Below are positions 30,536 to 39,510 of a DNA stretch of 64,000 nt, one piece after another. Made by a program: the position numbers and the translations under genes. Under the pieces are notes generated by a model. That model was not told the origin of the DNA. It saw nothing but the letters and a program-made list of their open reading frames with translations, and did no database searches. The stretch is from Thermomonas sp. (GTDB lineage Bacteria > Pseudomonadota > Gammaproteobacteria > Xanthomonadales > Xanthomonadaceae): contig JAIMKJ010000012.1 in NCBI GenBank assembly GCA_020692565.1, positions 26,347 through 90,346 on the forward strand, read 5' to 3'. The first letter of the stretch is position 1; each line of letters opens with the position of its first letter.

Positions 30536-31840
30536 ATGCGCACACCTCTTCTTCGCCCGCTCGCTCTCCTCGCCCTCGCCCTGCTCTCCGCCTGCGGCGA
30601 GGCACCCGTGCCGCCGAAGCCTGTCGTGGCCGGCGACCTGGCGATCGAAGCCTGGCCGCTGCCGGCGATGTCCGGCTCGGCCCAGCCGGATCTGGCGCTT
30701 GCGCCCGATGGCCGTGTGCTGCTCAGCTGGATCAACAGCACCCGTGGGCGCCGGCCCGCCTTCCAGTTCGCCGAGTTCTTTCCGGACGGGCATTGGCAAG
30801 GTCCGCGCACGGTGGCGGTCGGCAATTCGATGTTCACCAACTGGGCCGACACCCCGCATATCGCCGCCACCGCCGACCGCGCGCTGTGGGCGCACTGGCT
30901 GCAGAAATCCTCCGACGCGCCCTACGCCTACGACGTCATGCTGGTGCGTTCGCTCGACCACGGTATGAACTGGAGCGCGCCGCGGAAAGTCCATGACGAC
31001 GATACGAAGACCGAGCACGGCTTCGTGTCGATGTGGCCGCAGAGCGACGGCAGTCTCGGTGTCGCGTGGCTCGATGGCCGCAACACCGCCGATGCCGGCG
31101 CGCAGAAAGACGGCGGCGGCCACGAGGATCATGGCGACAGCGGCCACGACGACAGCCGCGGCGGCGGCGCGATGACGCTGCGTGCGGCGGTGTTCGACGC
31201 CAGTCTGCGGAGCAGTGCCGTGGCCGAGATCGACGCGATGACCTGCGACTGCTGCCAGACCGATGCCGCCGCCGCCGGCGACGGCGCGGTGCTGGTGTAT
31301 CGCGGTCGCAGCAAGGCCGAGATCCGCGACATCTACGCCACGCGCTTCGACGGCAAGGTCTGGTCGAAGCCGGCGCGCGTGCACGCCGACGACTGGACGA
31401 TGCCGGCCTGCCCGGTCAACGGCCCGTCGGTCGCGGCGCTGGACAAGGACGTGGTGGTCGCGTGGTACACCGCGGCCGGCGATACGCCGACGGTGAAGCT
31501 GGCGCGCTCCGTCGACGGCGGCGCCACGTTCGCGACACCCGTTGCGGTGGATACGGGCACGGCGACCCAGGGCCGGGTGACGGTGGCGGTCGATGCGCAG
31601 CAGGTGTGGCTGCTGTGGATGCGCGAAGACGCCGGTGCGCAGTCGCTGTGGCTCGCGCGCTACACGCCCGACCTGTCGAAACAACTGCAGCGTACGAAGC
31701 TCGTCGACCTGCAGGGCAAGGGCCGCGCCACCGGATTTCCGAAACTCCTCCTCAACGGTGCCGCCACGCACGTGGTGTGGACCGATGTGATCGACGGCGT
31801 GCCGGAGCTTCGCGGCGTGCGACTGCTCGCCGCGAAGTAA
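30536..31840 (+). CDS. BNR/Asp-box (sialidase-fold) lipoprotein
   Basis: Lipobox LSAC; RSLDHGMNWS and RSVDGGATF Asp-boxes; CDCCQT and CPVNGP motifs. Confidence 0.8.
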   Translation: MRTPLLRPLALLALALLSACGEAPVPPKPVVAGDLAIEAWPLPAMSGSAQPDLALAPDGRVLLSWINSTRGRRPAFQFAEFFPDGHWQGPRTVAVGNSMFTNWADTPHIAATADRALWAHWLQKSSDAPYAYDVMLVRSLDHGMNWSAPRKVHDDDTKTEHGFVSMWPQSDGSLGVAWLDGRNTADAGAQKDGGGHEDHGDSGHDDSRGGGAMTLRAAVFDASLRSSAVAEIDAMTCDCCQTDAAAAGDGAVLVYRGRSKAEIRDIYATRFDGKVWSKPARVHADDWTMPACPVNGPSVAALDKDVVVAWYTAAGDTPTVKLARSVDGGATFATPVAVDTGTATQGRVTVAVDAQQVWLLWMREDAGAQSLWLARYTPDLSKQLQRTKLVDLQGKGRATGFPKLLLNGAATHVVWTDVIDGVPELRGVRLLAAK

Positions 31841-31895
31841 CCGTCGCTTCGGCGCGATCGGATGCAAGGCGCTTGGATGCGCTGGCGATACCGCG

Positions 31896-31969
31896 GTAGG
31901 AGGGGCTTCAGCCCCGGGCTCTGCGCACCGATCACCGTCAAAAAAGCTCGGGCCTGAAGGCCCTCCTGC
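31896..31969. repeat. GTAG-family REP pair
   Basis: GTAGGAGGGGCTTCAGCCCC...GCTCGGGCCTGAAGGCCCTCCTGC; same family as 10167 and 59949. Confidence 0.85.
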
Positions 31970-31978
31970 GGGAGCAAC

Positions 31979-33109
31979 TCAGCCGCGATGTTCCGATGCC
32001 AGGTACTCGGCGGATTGCATCTCGATCAATCGCGACGCGGTGCGCTCGAACGCGGCGCGAAGCCGTTCGCCGCGATACAGCTGCGACGGGGCGGCATCGG
32101 CGCTGCAGATCAGGTTGACGTGGCGGTCGTAGAGTTCGTCGATCATGGTCACGAAGCGACGCGCGGCATCGTCGCGCAGCGCGTCGAACACCGGGATGCC
32201 GCCGACCAGCACGGTGTGGAATTCGGTCGCGATCTCGATGTAGTCGGCGCTGCCGCGCGGGCCTTCGCAGACCGCCGCGAAATCGAACCAGGCCATGCCC
32301 TTGGTGCGCGCGCGCACCGGGATCCGGCGGCCGTCGATGACGATGCCGGCGTCGCGGTAGCGGGTTTCGCCCAGCACGCCGTCGCCGCCGAGTTCGTGCC
32401 AGCGCGATTCCAGCCACGCGTCGCTGTCGCCGTCCAGCGGCGCGCGATACACCGGCGAGCGGGTGAGCGCGCGCAGCCGGTAGTCGTGCGGGCTGTCGAG
32501 GTGCACGACATTGCAGTGGCGTTCCAGCAGCGCGATCGCGGGCAGGAAGCGCGATCGCTGCAGGCCGTCCTTGTAGAGATCGGATGGCGCGGCGTTGGAG
32601 CTGGTGACCAGGATCGTGCCTTCGTCGAACAACCGTTCCATCAAGCGCCCCAGCAACATCGCGTCGCCGATGTCGCTGACGAAGAATTCGTCCAGCACCA
32701 GCACGCGCAGCTGCGCGCGCCATTCGCGGGCGATGACCGCCAGCGGGTCGCGGGCGCCCGCGTGTGCGCGCAGGCGCTCGTGGACTTCGCGCATGAAACG
32801 ATGGAAATGCGTGCGCCGTTTTTCGCGGATCGGCAGTCCGGCGTGGAACAGATCGATCAGGAAGGTCTTGCCGCGGCCGACGCCGCCCCACAGATACAGG
32901 CCGTTCGGCGAGGGAGTGACCGGTTTGCCGAACAGGGTGTCGAGCAGACCTTTGCGCACGGGTGGTGCGGACAGCGCCGCATGCAGGCGATCGAGTTCGC
33001 GCAGCGCCGCATGCTGTGCCGGGTCGTCGCTCCAGTCGCCACGGGCCACGCCCTCGGCATAGCGCACGGAAGGCGCCGCCGCGCCGCCGCTCATCGGGAT
33101 GTCGCTCAT
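31979..33109 (-). CDS. zapE: AFG1-family ATPase ZapE
   Basis: YLWGGVGRGKT, HFHRFM, DEFFVSDIGDA, RRFVTMIDELYD, RTASRLIEM. Confidence 0.93.
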   Translation of the reverse strand: MSDIPMSGGAAAPSVRYAEGVARGDWSDDPAQHAALRELDRLHAALSAPPVRKGLLDTLFGKPVTPSPNGLYLWGGVGRGKTFLIDLFHAGLPIREKRRTHFHRFMREVHERLRAHAGARDPLAVIAREWRAQLRVLVLDEFFVSDIGDAMLLGRLMERLFDEGTILVTSSNAAPSDLYKDGLQRSRFLPAIALLERHCNVVHLDSPHDYRLRALTRSPVYRAPLDGDSDAWLESRWHELGGDGVLGETRYRDAGIVIDGRRIPVRARTKGMAWFDFAAVCEGPRGSADYIEIATEFHTVLVGGIPVFDALRDDAARRFVTMIDELYDRHVNLICSADAAPSQLYRGERLRAAFERTASRLIEMQSAEYLASEHRG

Positions 33110-33828
33110 GATCCGGCGTCGGGCTCCGACGGCTCGTGTCCGGCGTGGAGATGGCGCTGCACGCCGTGTTTGATCGCGCCGCGCAGGTCCATCAGTTTGC
33201 GATGGAAGAAATGACTGGTCTCCGGCATGCGGATCAGCTCGACCGCGACATCCGGCTGCGCCTGCGGAATCTTTTCCAGCCAGTCGTAGACCGCCTGCGG
33301 GTCGACGATCTCGTCTTCCTCGCCCTGGATCACCAGCCACGGCATGGTCGGCAGCGCGATGCCGTCGAAGTCCCAGCGGCCGGCCGGCGGTGCGATCGAG
33401 ATCAGGACCGCCGGCTGCAGCTCCACCGCGCCGCGCAGGCTGACGTAGGCACCGAAGCTGAAACCGCCCAGCCACAGCGTCGCGTCGGGGCGCGTCTGGC
33501 GCACCCAGGCGACGATGGCGCGGAGGTCGTCCAGCTCGCCTTCGCCCTGGTCGAAGGCGCCTTCGGAGGCGCCGGTGCCGCGGAAGTTGAAGCGCACGGT
33601 GGTCACGCCCAGCTCGCGCAGGCTGCGCGCGGCCATCGTCACCACTTTGTTGTGCATCGTGCCGCCTTCGGTCGGCAGCGGATGGCAGAGCACCGCGACG
33701 ATCGGCAGGGCCGCGACCGGCTGCCCGGCGACTTCGGCCTCGGGCGGATCGACGGCGACTTCGAGCGCGCCGGCCGGACCGGGCAGGGTCAGGGCAGCGG
33801 CGGCGCTGGGGAAAGCGGGAATGATCAT
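33106..33828 (-). CDS. Alpha/beta hydrolase
   Basis: CHPLPTEGGTMHNKVV, RFNFRG, GFSFG, HFFH. Confidence 0.9.
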   Translation of the reverse strand: MIIPAFPSAAAALTLPGPAGALEVAVDPPEAEVAGQPVAALPIVAVLCHPLPTEGGTMHNKVVTMAARSLRELGVTTVRFNFRGTGASEGAFDQGEGELDDLRAIVAWVRQTRPDATLWLGGFSFGAYVSLRGAVELQPAVLISIAPPAGRWDFDGIALPTMPWLVIQGEEDEIVDPQAVYDWLEKIPQAQPDVAVELIRMPETSHFFHRKLMDLRGAIKHGVQRHLHAGHEPSEPDAGS

Positions 33829-33853
33829 GTGCCGATGATAGCCGGCCGGGCGT

Positions 33854-35566
33854 TCAGGGCTTCCGCAATCTGAACCCGACCACCAGCGGATCGTGGTCGG
33901 AACTGCGCCAGGGCGCGCGGTCGCCGGGCCGGCTCTGGTAGCCGCGGCTGTCGGGTTCGTCGGCGTTGCTGTGCCATTCCGCCGCGCCGGCCAGGCGCGC
34001 GGCCAGTGCGGGGCTGAGCAGGGCGTGGTCGAGGCGACCGGTCAGGCCGTCGTAGACATAGCTGTAAGGCGCCGGCCCGCGCTGTCCGGCGAAGGCATCG
34101 CGCCAGCCGGCGGCGGCCAGCGTCGTGATCGGGTCCTCCATGCTGTAGGCGTTCAGATCGCCGACGATCATCGCAAGATCGCTGCCGGAGCCGGTCGGAT
34201 CGGTGCGCAGCCAAGCGTTCAGTCGGCGCGCGGATTCGGTGCGGGTCGCGTTCCAGCAGCTCTGGCCGTCCTTCTGGTCGGCGTCGGCACCGCTGGCGCT
34301 GCCGCAGCCTTTGGACTTGAAGTGATTGGCGACGACCGTGAAGGCCGGGCCGTTGCCGGCGCGGAAGGTCTGCGCCAGCGGCGGCCGGTTGCGGGTGCCG
34401 AACAGGTCGTCGGTCAGCGTCGCCGCCGTGCCCACCGACGACACCCGCGAGGCGCGGTAGATCAGCCCGACCCGGATCTGGTCGCCGCCCTGGTCGGCGT
34501 CGGTGACGATGGCGCGCCAGTCGCTGCCGCCTGCGTTCAAGGCGTCGACCAGCATGGCGATGGCCGACGCCGGGCCGAAGCCGTCGTTCTCCATCTCCAT
34601 CAGCGCGGCGATGTCCGGGTTCAGCCCGCGGATCGTCGCGACCAACCGGGCGAGCTGGCCTTCGAGTTCGGCCGGATTGCGGGCGCCGCGCGGGGTGGGA
34701 AAGCCGCCGCCCTGGCCGTCGCCGTTGAAGAAGTTCTCGAGATTGAGGGCGGCGATGCGCACGTCGCCGTCGACCTTCGGCGCCGCTGGCGGTGTCGTGC
34801 GCTTGAACGCGGGCTTCGCGGTGAGCTGCAGCCGGTAGATGCCGCCGCGCTGGTCGAGAATGCCTTCGACCTTCGACAGTCGCGTACCGGTGCGCGGCAG
34901 GCCGGTCCTGGGGAGATACCAGACCGAGGCGGGCCGCTCGGCGTCGCTGCCGTCGTCCAGGCGCAGCATGCGCCGCGCGTTTTCGGCCGCCAGCGCGCGC
35001 GCGGCATCGCCGGGCGCCACCGCGTCGGAAGGCGTGCGCAGGCGATCGCCGAAGTTGACCATCAGTTCGCCGTATTTCTCGGCGCGATGGGTGCCGGCCA
35101 CGAGCATCGGGGCGGTGATCCGCACGCGCATGTTTTCGTAGCGTTCCCAGTCGGCGGGCGGGGTGGCGATGGCGACGCTGCGGATCTTGCCCTTGCCGAG
35201 CGGCGTGATGTCCGTCGGTTGCAGGGCGGTGCGGGTGCCGTTGCCGGCATTCAGTTCAACCACCCTGCCGCGGACGCGGACGCGTTCGCCAACGGCCGGT
35301 GTGTTCGCATCGGCCACGAACAGCGCATCGGAGGTGGCGGCGTCTCCGTCGCCGGCATCCTGCAGGAACCAGCCGCCCAGGCCATTGCCGAAAGCGGACG
35401 TCACCACACCCTCGACCACGACGTCCTGACCTGCCAGTGGGCTGCGCTCGCCCGTGCCCTGGACCTTGCCGATGGCGATCGCCGCGTCCTGCGCCGATGC
35501 GACGCTTGCCGCGAACAGGCCGCCGAACGAGAGCATCAGCAGCAGTGGGAGAAGCGGATGGCGCAT
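33854..35566 (-). CDS. ExeM/NucH family extracellular endonuclease
   Basis: Signal peptide; OB-fold region; NLENFFNG, NHFKSKG, GDLNAY, LDHAL, SSDHDP. Confidence 0.9.
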   Translation of the reverse strand: MRHPLLPLLLMLSFGGLFAASVASAQDAAIAIGKVQGTGERSPLAGQDVVVEGVVTSAFGNGLGGWFLQDAGDGDAATSDALFVADANTPAVGERVRVRGRVVELNAGNGTRTALQPTDITPLGKGKIRSVAIATPPADWERYENMRVRITAPMLVAGTHRAEKYGELMVNFGDRLRTPSDAVAPGDAARALAAENARRMLRLDDGSDAERPASVWYLPRTGLPRTGTRLSKVEGILDQRGGIYRLQLTAKPAFKRTTPPAAPKVDGDVRIAALNLENFFNGDGQGGGFPTPRGARNPAELEGQLARLVATIRGLNPDIAALMEMENDGFGPASAIAMLVDALNAGGSDWRAIVTDADQGGDQIRVGLIYRASRVSSVGTAATLTDDLFGTRNRPPLAQTFRAGNGPAFTVVANHFKSKGCGSASGADADQKDGQSCWNATRTESARRLNAWLRTDPTGSGSDLAMIVGDLNAYSMEDPITTLAAAGWRDAFAGQRGPAPYSYVYDGLTGRLDHALLSPALAARLAGAAEWHSNADEPDSRGYQSRPGDRAPWRSSDHDPLVVGFRLRKP

Positions 35567-35687
35567 GCGGCGGATGTTCAAGAGAGGAATCTCCGGTCTG
35601 GAGCGGGAGGTGGAACGGACAACGCCGCCCGGAGGCGGCGTTGCGGAGGCGCTGTTGCGGGCGGAACGGCGAAGCGGAGCGCTTGGC

Positions 35688-36200
35688 TCAGACCTGATCC
35701 AGCATCCAGTCGACCGTCGCCTTCACCTGGTCGTCGGTCAGGGCCGGGTTGCCGCCCTTGGCCGGCATCACGCCTGCGTTGCCGGTATAACCTTCGATCG
35801 CGTGTTTGTGCAGCGTGTCCTTGCCCAGGCTGGCGCGGGCGCCCAGGCCTGCGGCGGTAAGCATCGGCGCGCCGCCGACGCCGGACTTGTGGCAGGCCGC
35901 ACAGAGGCTGTCGTAGATCACCGCGCCGTCCAGAGTGCCGCCGTAGGCGACCTGCGAGGCCGCAGCGGCCTTGGCGGCAGCGTCCGCGGCGGCTTTGGCG
36001 GCTTCGCCGCTGGCGCCCGCGAACACCGCGCCCGACGGGGCGATCCGCCCTTCGGTGCGCTGCGCTTCGATCGGGCTCACCTCCTGCGGCAATGCGTCGT
36101 GGAGATAGACCGAGAACAGGATCAGGCCCAGGGTCACCGCCATGAGGAAGGCGATCACCATCGAAAAGTGTTTCAGAAAGTCCAGATCGTAATTGCGCAC
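35688..36200 (-). CDS. Cytochrome c5 family protein
   Basis: N-terminal TM helix; CAACH heme motif; MPAKGG. Confidence 0.9.
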   Translation of the reverse strand: MRNYDLDFLKHFSMVIAFLMAVTLGLILFSVYLHDALPQEVSPIEAQRTEGRIAPSGAVFAGASGEAAKAAADAAAKAAAASQVAYGGTLDGAVIYDSLCAACHKSGVGGAPMLTAAGLGARASLGKDTLHKHAIEGYTGNAGVMPAKGGNPALTDDQVKATVDWMLDQV

Positions 36201-36471
36201 GACTCACCCGGAAAACGACATGATTGGCGGGGCGGCCGGGCTGCGGCCGCACAATCCGCGCAGTATAAAGGGTGTAGCGCCCCGGATTCGAGTCCGTCGG
36301 GGGAATGCGGGCCTGTCCCTGCGCCCGGGCGGCGGTGTCGATGGGCGTCCTGTCCCGCCGGACGCGACGACCGGCGCCCGGAACGCACATCGCCCGGGGA
36401 CGCCGGGCGATGTGGTTCCAACTGTGGATCGTGGCCGATGGCCGCGATCATGCCGTCCGAATGCGCCGGGT

Positions 36472-38538
36472 TTATTTCAGACCGGAGCTGATCGCTTCGG
36501 CCAGGCTGCCCTGGGCATCGTCGCCGCTGAATTCCCAGAAGAACGCGCCGCCCAGGTTCTGGGCCTTCACGTAATTCATCTTGGTGCGGATCAGCGCCGG
36601 GGTGTCGAAGCTCCAGAACGTGCTGCCGTTGTACATCCAGGTGGCCATCGCATCGTTGTCGGTGTAGACCGGCCAATTGAGGTTCTTCAGCACCTTGTAA
36701 TCCTCGATCCCGGCTTCGTAGGTGCCCGGCGCGGCGCCGCTGCCGCTCTGGTACAGGCCGTTGGCGCCGCCGTTGGGGACGTTGGTCCAGCCGCGGCCGT
36801 AGAAGCCGATGCCCAGCGTCAACTTCGAGGCCGGCACGCCGCGCGCGAGGAAGGCCTCGATGGCGTCGTTGCTGTTGTAGAACTTCTGGTCGCCGGTCGA
36901 CGGATCGCGCGGCGATGCGAACAGCGCCGAGTGATGATTGGTCCGCGGATCCCAGGCGCCGTGGAAGTCGTAGGTCATCACGTTGATGAAATCGAGCGAC
37001 TGATGGTAGATCCCCGGATCGGTGGCGCGGATCTTGTCGATGCCGGCGCCGGAGGCGATGGTCAGCAGCAGGCCGGGGCGCACCGCATCGAGCTGCCGGC
37101 GGAATTCCGCGAGCAGGGCGTTGAAGTTGGCCCGATCTTCGGCGCCGCCGCAGCTGAGGCCGCAGGCGTTGGGGTATTCCCAGTCGATGTCGATGCCGTC
37201 GAACACGCCGGCCGCCGCGCCCGGACCGCCTGCGCCGTCGGTGACGGGCAGGTTGCCGCGGATGTAGGCATCCACGCATGACGCGACGAAGGCCTGGCGG
37301 TTCTCCGGACGCGCCGCGCTGGCGAAACCGCGCGACCAGGTCCAGCCGCCGAGCGAGATCAGCACCTTCAGATTGGGATGCTTGGCCTTCAGCTGCTTGA
37401 GCTGATTCCAGTTGCCGCGCAGCGGCTGGTCCCAGGTATCGGCGGTGCCGCTGACGCTTTCGCCCGCGGCGAAGGCCTTGGTGTAATCGGCGAAGGCATC
37501 GCCGCCGGCGCCGGTGTTGGGATCGGATGGGATGGTCAGGCCGACTTCGCAGCGGTTGTTGCGCACGTTGCCGAACGCGTAGTTGATGTGGGTGAGCTTG
37601 GCGGCCGAGCCGCTGGTGTCGATGTTGCGCACCCGGTAGTTGCGACCGTAGATGCCCCACTGCACGAAATAGCCGATCACCCGCTTGTTGCCCGGCGGCG
37701 GGGTGGTCGTGGTGCGGGCGGTGATTTCGCCGCTCTGCGCGGACGCATTGCCGGCGTTGTCGCGGGCGCGGACCCGGAACGTGTACTGGGTGTTGGCGTT
37801 CAGGCCGCTGCTGGTGTGGCTGGTCGTGGTGGGCGACGCCACCAGGCTGCCGTTGCGGTAGACGTCGTAGCCGGCCACGCCGCTGCCGCCGGCGTTGTCG
37901 GTGGCGGCATTCCACTGGATGGAGATGCTGTTGCTGGTCTGCGAAGGCGACGTCAGGCCCGAAGGCACGCTGGGTGCCGTGGTATCGGTCGGCGGCGTGC
38001 CGTTCACGGTGACGGTCGCCGTGGCCGAGGTCGCCGTGGCGCCCTGATTGTCGGTGGCGACCGCGCGGAAACCGTGGGTGCCGGCGGTGGCGCCGTTCCA
38101 GGTGATGCTGTACGGCGCGGTGGTATCCACGCCGAGGGACGTCGTGCCGCGGAAAAATTCCACCCGCGCGATGCTGCCGTCGGGGTCGCTGGCGTTGGCG
38201 CTCACGGCGATGTTCGCGCCGGTATTGAACGCGGCGCCGTTGGCCGGTGCGGTCAAGGCGACCGTCGGCGATTGATTGCCGCCGGTGCCGCAGCTGCCCA
38301 GGTCCTTGTACCAGCCGCAGGAGGTGCAGTAGGTGGGCGCCGCATTCCAGATCGGAATGTTCGCCTCGTACAGCCTGCCCTGATAGACCATCCTGTCGCC
38401 CGGGTTGTAGACCGTGCTGGCATTCCAGGCCGGGATGCCAGCGCAGCTCACGGTCTGCGCCATGGCGTTGAAACTCCACGCGGCCGCGATCGCGAACGAC
38501 AGCAGCCATCGCTTGCCGGATCTTGTTGAGTACAGCAT
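36472..38538 (-). CDS. chiA: Modular GH18 chitinase (chitin-binding domain, Ig-like domain, Fn3, catalytic domain)
   Basis: Signal peptide; AWNASTVYNPGD CBM5/12; DTTAPSVP Fn3; THINYAF, SLGGWT, FDGIDIDWEYP, MTYDFHG. Confidence 0.93.
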   Translation of the reverse strand: MLYSTRSGKRWLLSFAIAAAWSFNAMAQTVSCAGIPAWNASTVYNPGDRMVYQGRLYEANIPIWNAAPTYCTSCGWYKDLGSCGTGGNQSPTVALTAPANGAAFNTGANIAVSANASDPDGSIARVEFFRGTTSLGVDTTAPYSITWNGATAGTHGFRAVATDNQGATATSATATVTVNGTPPTDTTAPSVPSGLTSPSQTSNSISIQWNAATDNAGGSGVAGYDVYRNGSLVASPTTTSHTSSGLNANTQYTFRVRARDNAGNASAQSGEITARTTTTPPPGNKRVIGYFVQWGIYGRNYRVRNIDTSGSAAKLTHINYAFGNVRNNRCEVGLTIPSDPNTGAGGDAFADYTKAFAAGESVSGTADTWDQPLRGNWNQLKQLKAKHPNLKVLISLGGWTWSRGFASAARPENRQAFVASCVDAYIRGNLPVTDGAGGPGAAAGVFDGIDIDWEYPNACGLSCGGAEDRANFNALLAEFRRQLDAVRPGLLLTIASGAGIDKIRATDPGIYHQSLDFINVMTYDFHGAWDPRTNHHSALFASPRDPSTGDQKFYNSNDAIEAFLARGVPASKLTLGIGFYGRGWTNVPNGGANGLYQSGSGAAPGTYEAGIEDYKVLKNLNWPVYTDNDAMATWMYNGSTFWSFDTPALIRTKMNYVKAQNLGGAFFWEFSGDDAQGSLAEAISSGLK

Positions 38539-38848
38539 TGCGCTTCTCCATTGCGGTGGGTTGAACACGAAGACCGGCCCATGGCGGGTCCGATCGCGAT
38601 TCCCCTGCTTCTCCCTGATCCATGCGATGCCGTTTCGGATGCCGACCCCGACCGAAGCGGGGCACGGCGCATCGCACGCAACTACATCAATGTTCGACGC
38701 TGACGGCAGATCTGGATTGCCTGCCTGATGACCTGCGAGTGCGGCCTGCACGGTGCCGCGTTGGTGTTGCGCGCGCATTGCCGCAGAGCAATGCAGGCGT
38801 GACGGGCAGGCAGTACGACGCCAGCCGGTCGGGTGCAGGCTGGGTTCC

Positions 38849-38866
38849 GGTGACAACGTTGTCAAC
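38849..38866. promoter_or_regulatory. LacI-type operator, probably NagR (GlcNAc regulon)
   Basis: Perfect palindrome TGACAACGTTGTCA at 38851-38864 upstream of chiA; fits the Xanthomonas NagR motif as recalled (GTTGACAACGTTGTCANC). Confidence 0.65.
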
Positions 38867-38882
38867 AGTTGATGTGCGAGTC

Positions 38883-38898
38883 TGCGGGTTTGCTCACA
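38883..38898. promoter_or_regulatory. Putative Clp/CRP site upstream of chiA
   Basis: TGCGG-GTTTGC-TCACA. Confidence 0.45.
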
Positions 38899-38985
38899 GA
38901 ATCCGGGCTTATGCCGTTTCGTTACTTCGGCAGCGCAGGGTTGTTCTCCAACACCCCGCCAGCGTCTCGGAGCGCTGGCGCGAAG

Positions 38986-39426
38986 CTAAGCCCCGTAGAA
39001 CAGCGCGCCGTCGCCGCGTTCGGCCGCCTCCTGGAAAAACGCGGACAGCACGTCGTACTGGTCGATCAGATCGCCTTCCTCGTGCTGATACACCGCCTGG
39101 TGGTACAGGCCGGCATCCTCATCGATGGCGCGCAGCGCATCGCGCACCCGCGCCCGACTCCAGACCGACAGTTCCTTCGCCTGTGCCTTCACCAGTTCGG
39201 GCGAAACGAAGTCGCAGCCGTTGCTCAGCACCCCGTCGGCGACGCCGTCGCTGCGGAAGCCGGCCTCGTCGAGGATATGCCGCAGTACATCCCAGGCGGT
39301 GTCCACGTCGATCGAGGCCGTGCAGCGCGCTTCGCTTTCGACCCATCTGTCGATCAGATCGTGGTCATCGCGCATCGCGTCGAGATCCTTCGGCGCGAAG
39401 GCCTGGAAAAACATGTTCATGCTCAT
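38986..39426 (-). CDS. YfbM/DUF1877-like protein
   Basis: MSM start, IDVDTAWDVLRHIL, C-terminal FFQEAAERGDGALF. Confidence 0.65.
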   Translation of the reverse strand: MSMNMFFQAFAPKDLDAMRDDHDLIDRWVESEARCTASIDVDTAWDVLRHILDEAGFRSDGVADGVLSNGCDFVSPELVKAQAKELSVWSRARVRDALRAIDEDAGLYHQAVYQHEEGDLIDQYDVLSAFFQEAAERGDGALFYGA

Positions 39427-39510
39427 GGTGTGAAGGCTCTTGCGGTCGATACGGGAATGATGTCGAAACAATCGTGTTCGCGAAAGCGATCCTGAAGGCG
39501 GGGCGCCGGT

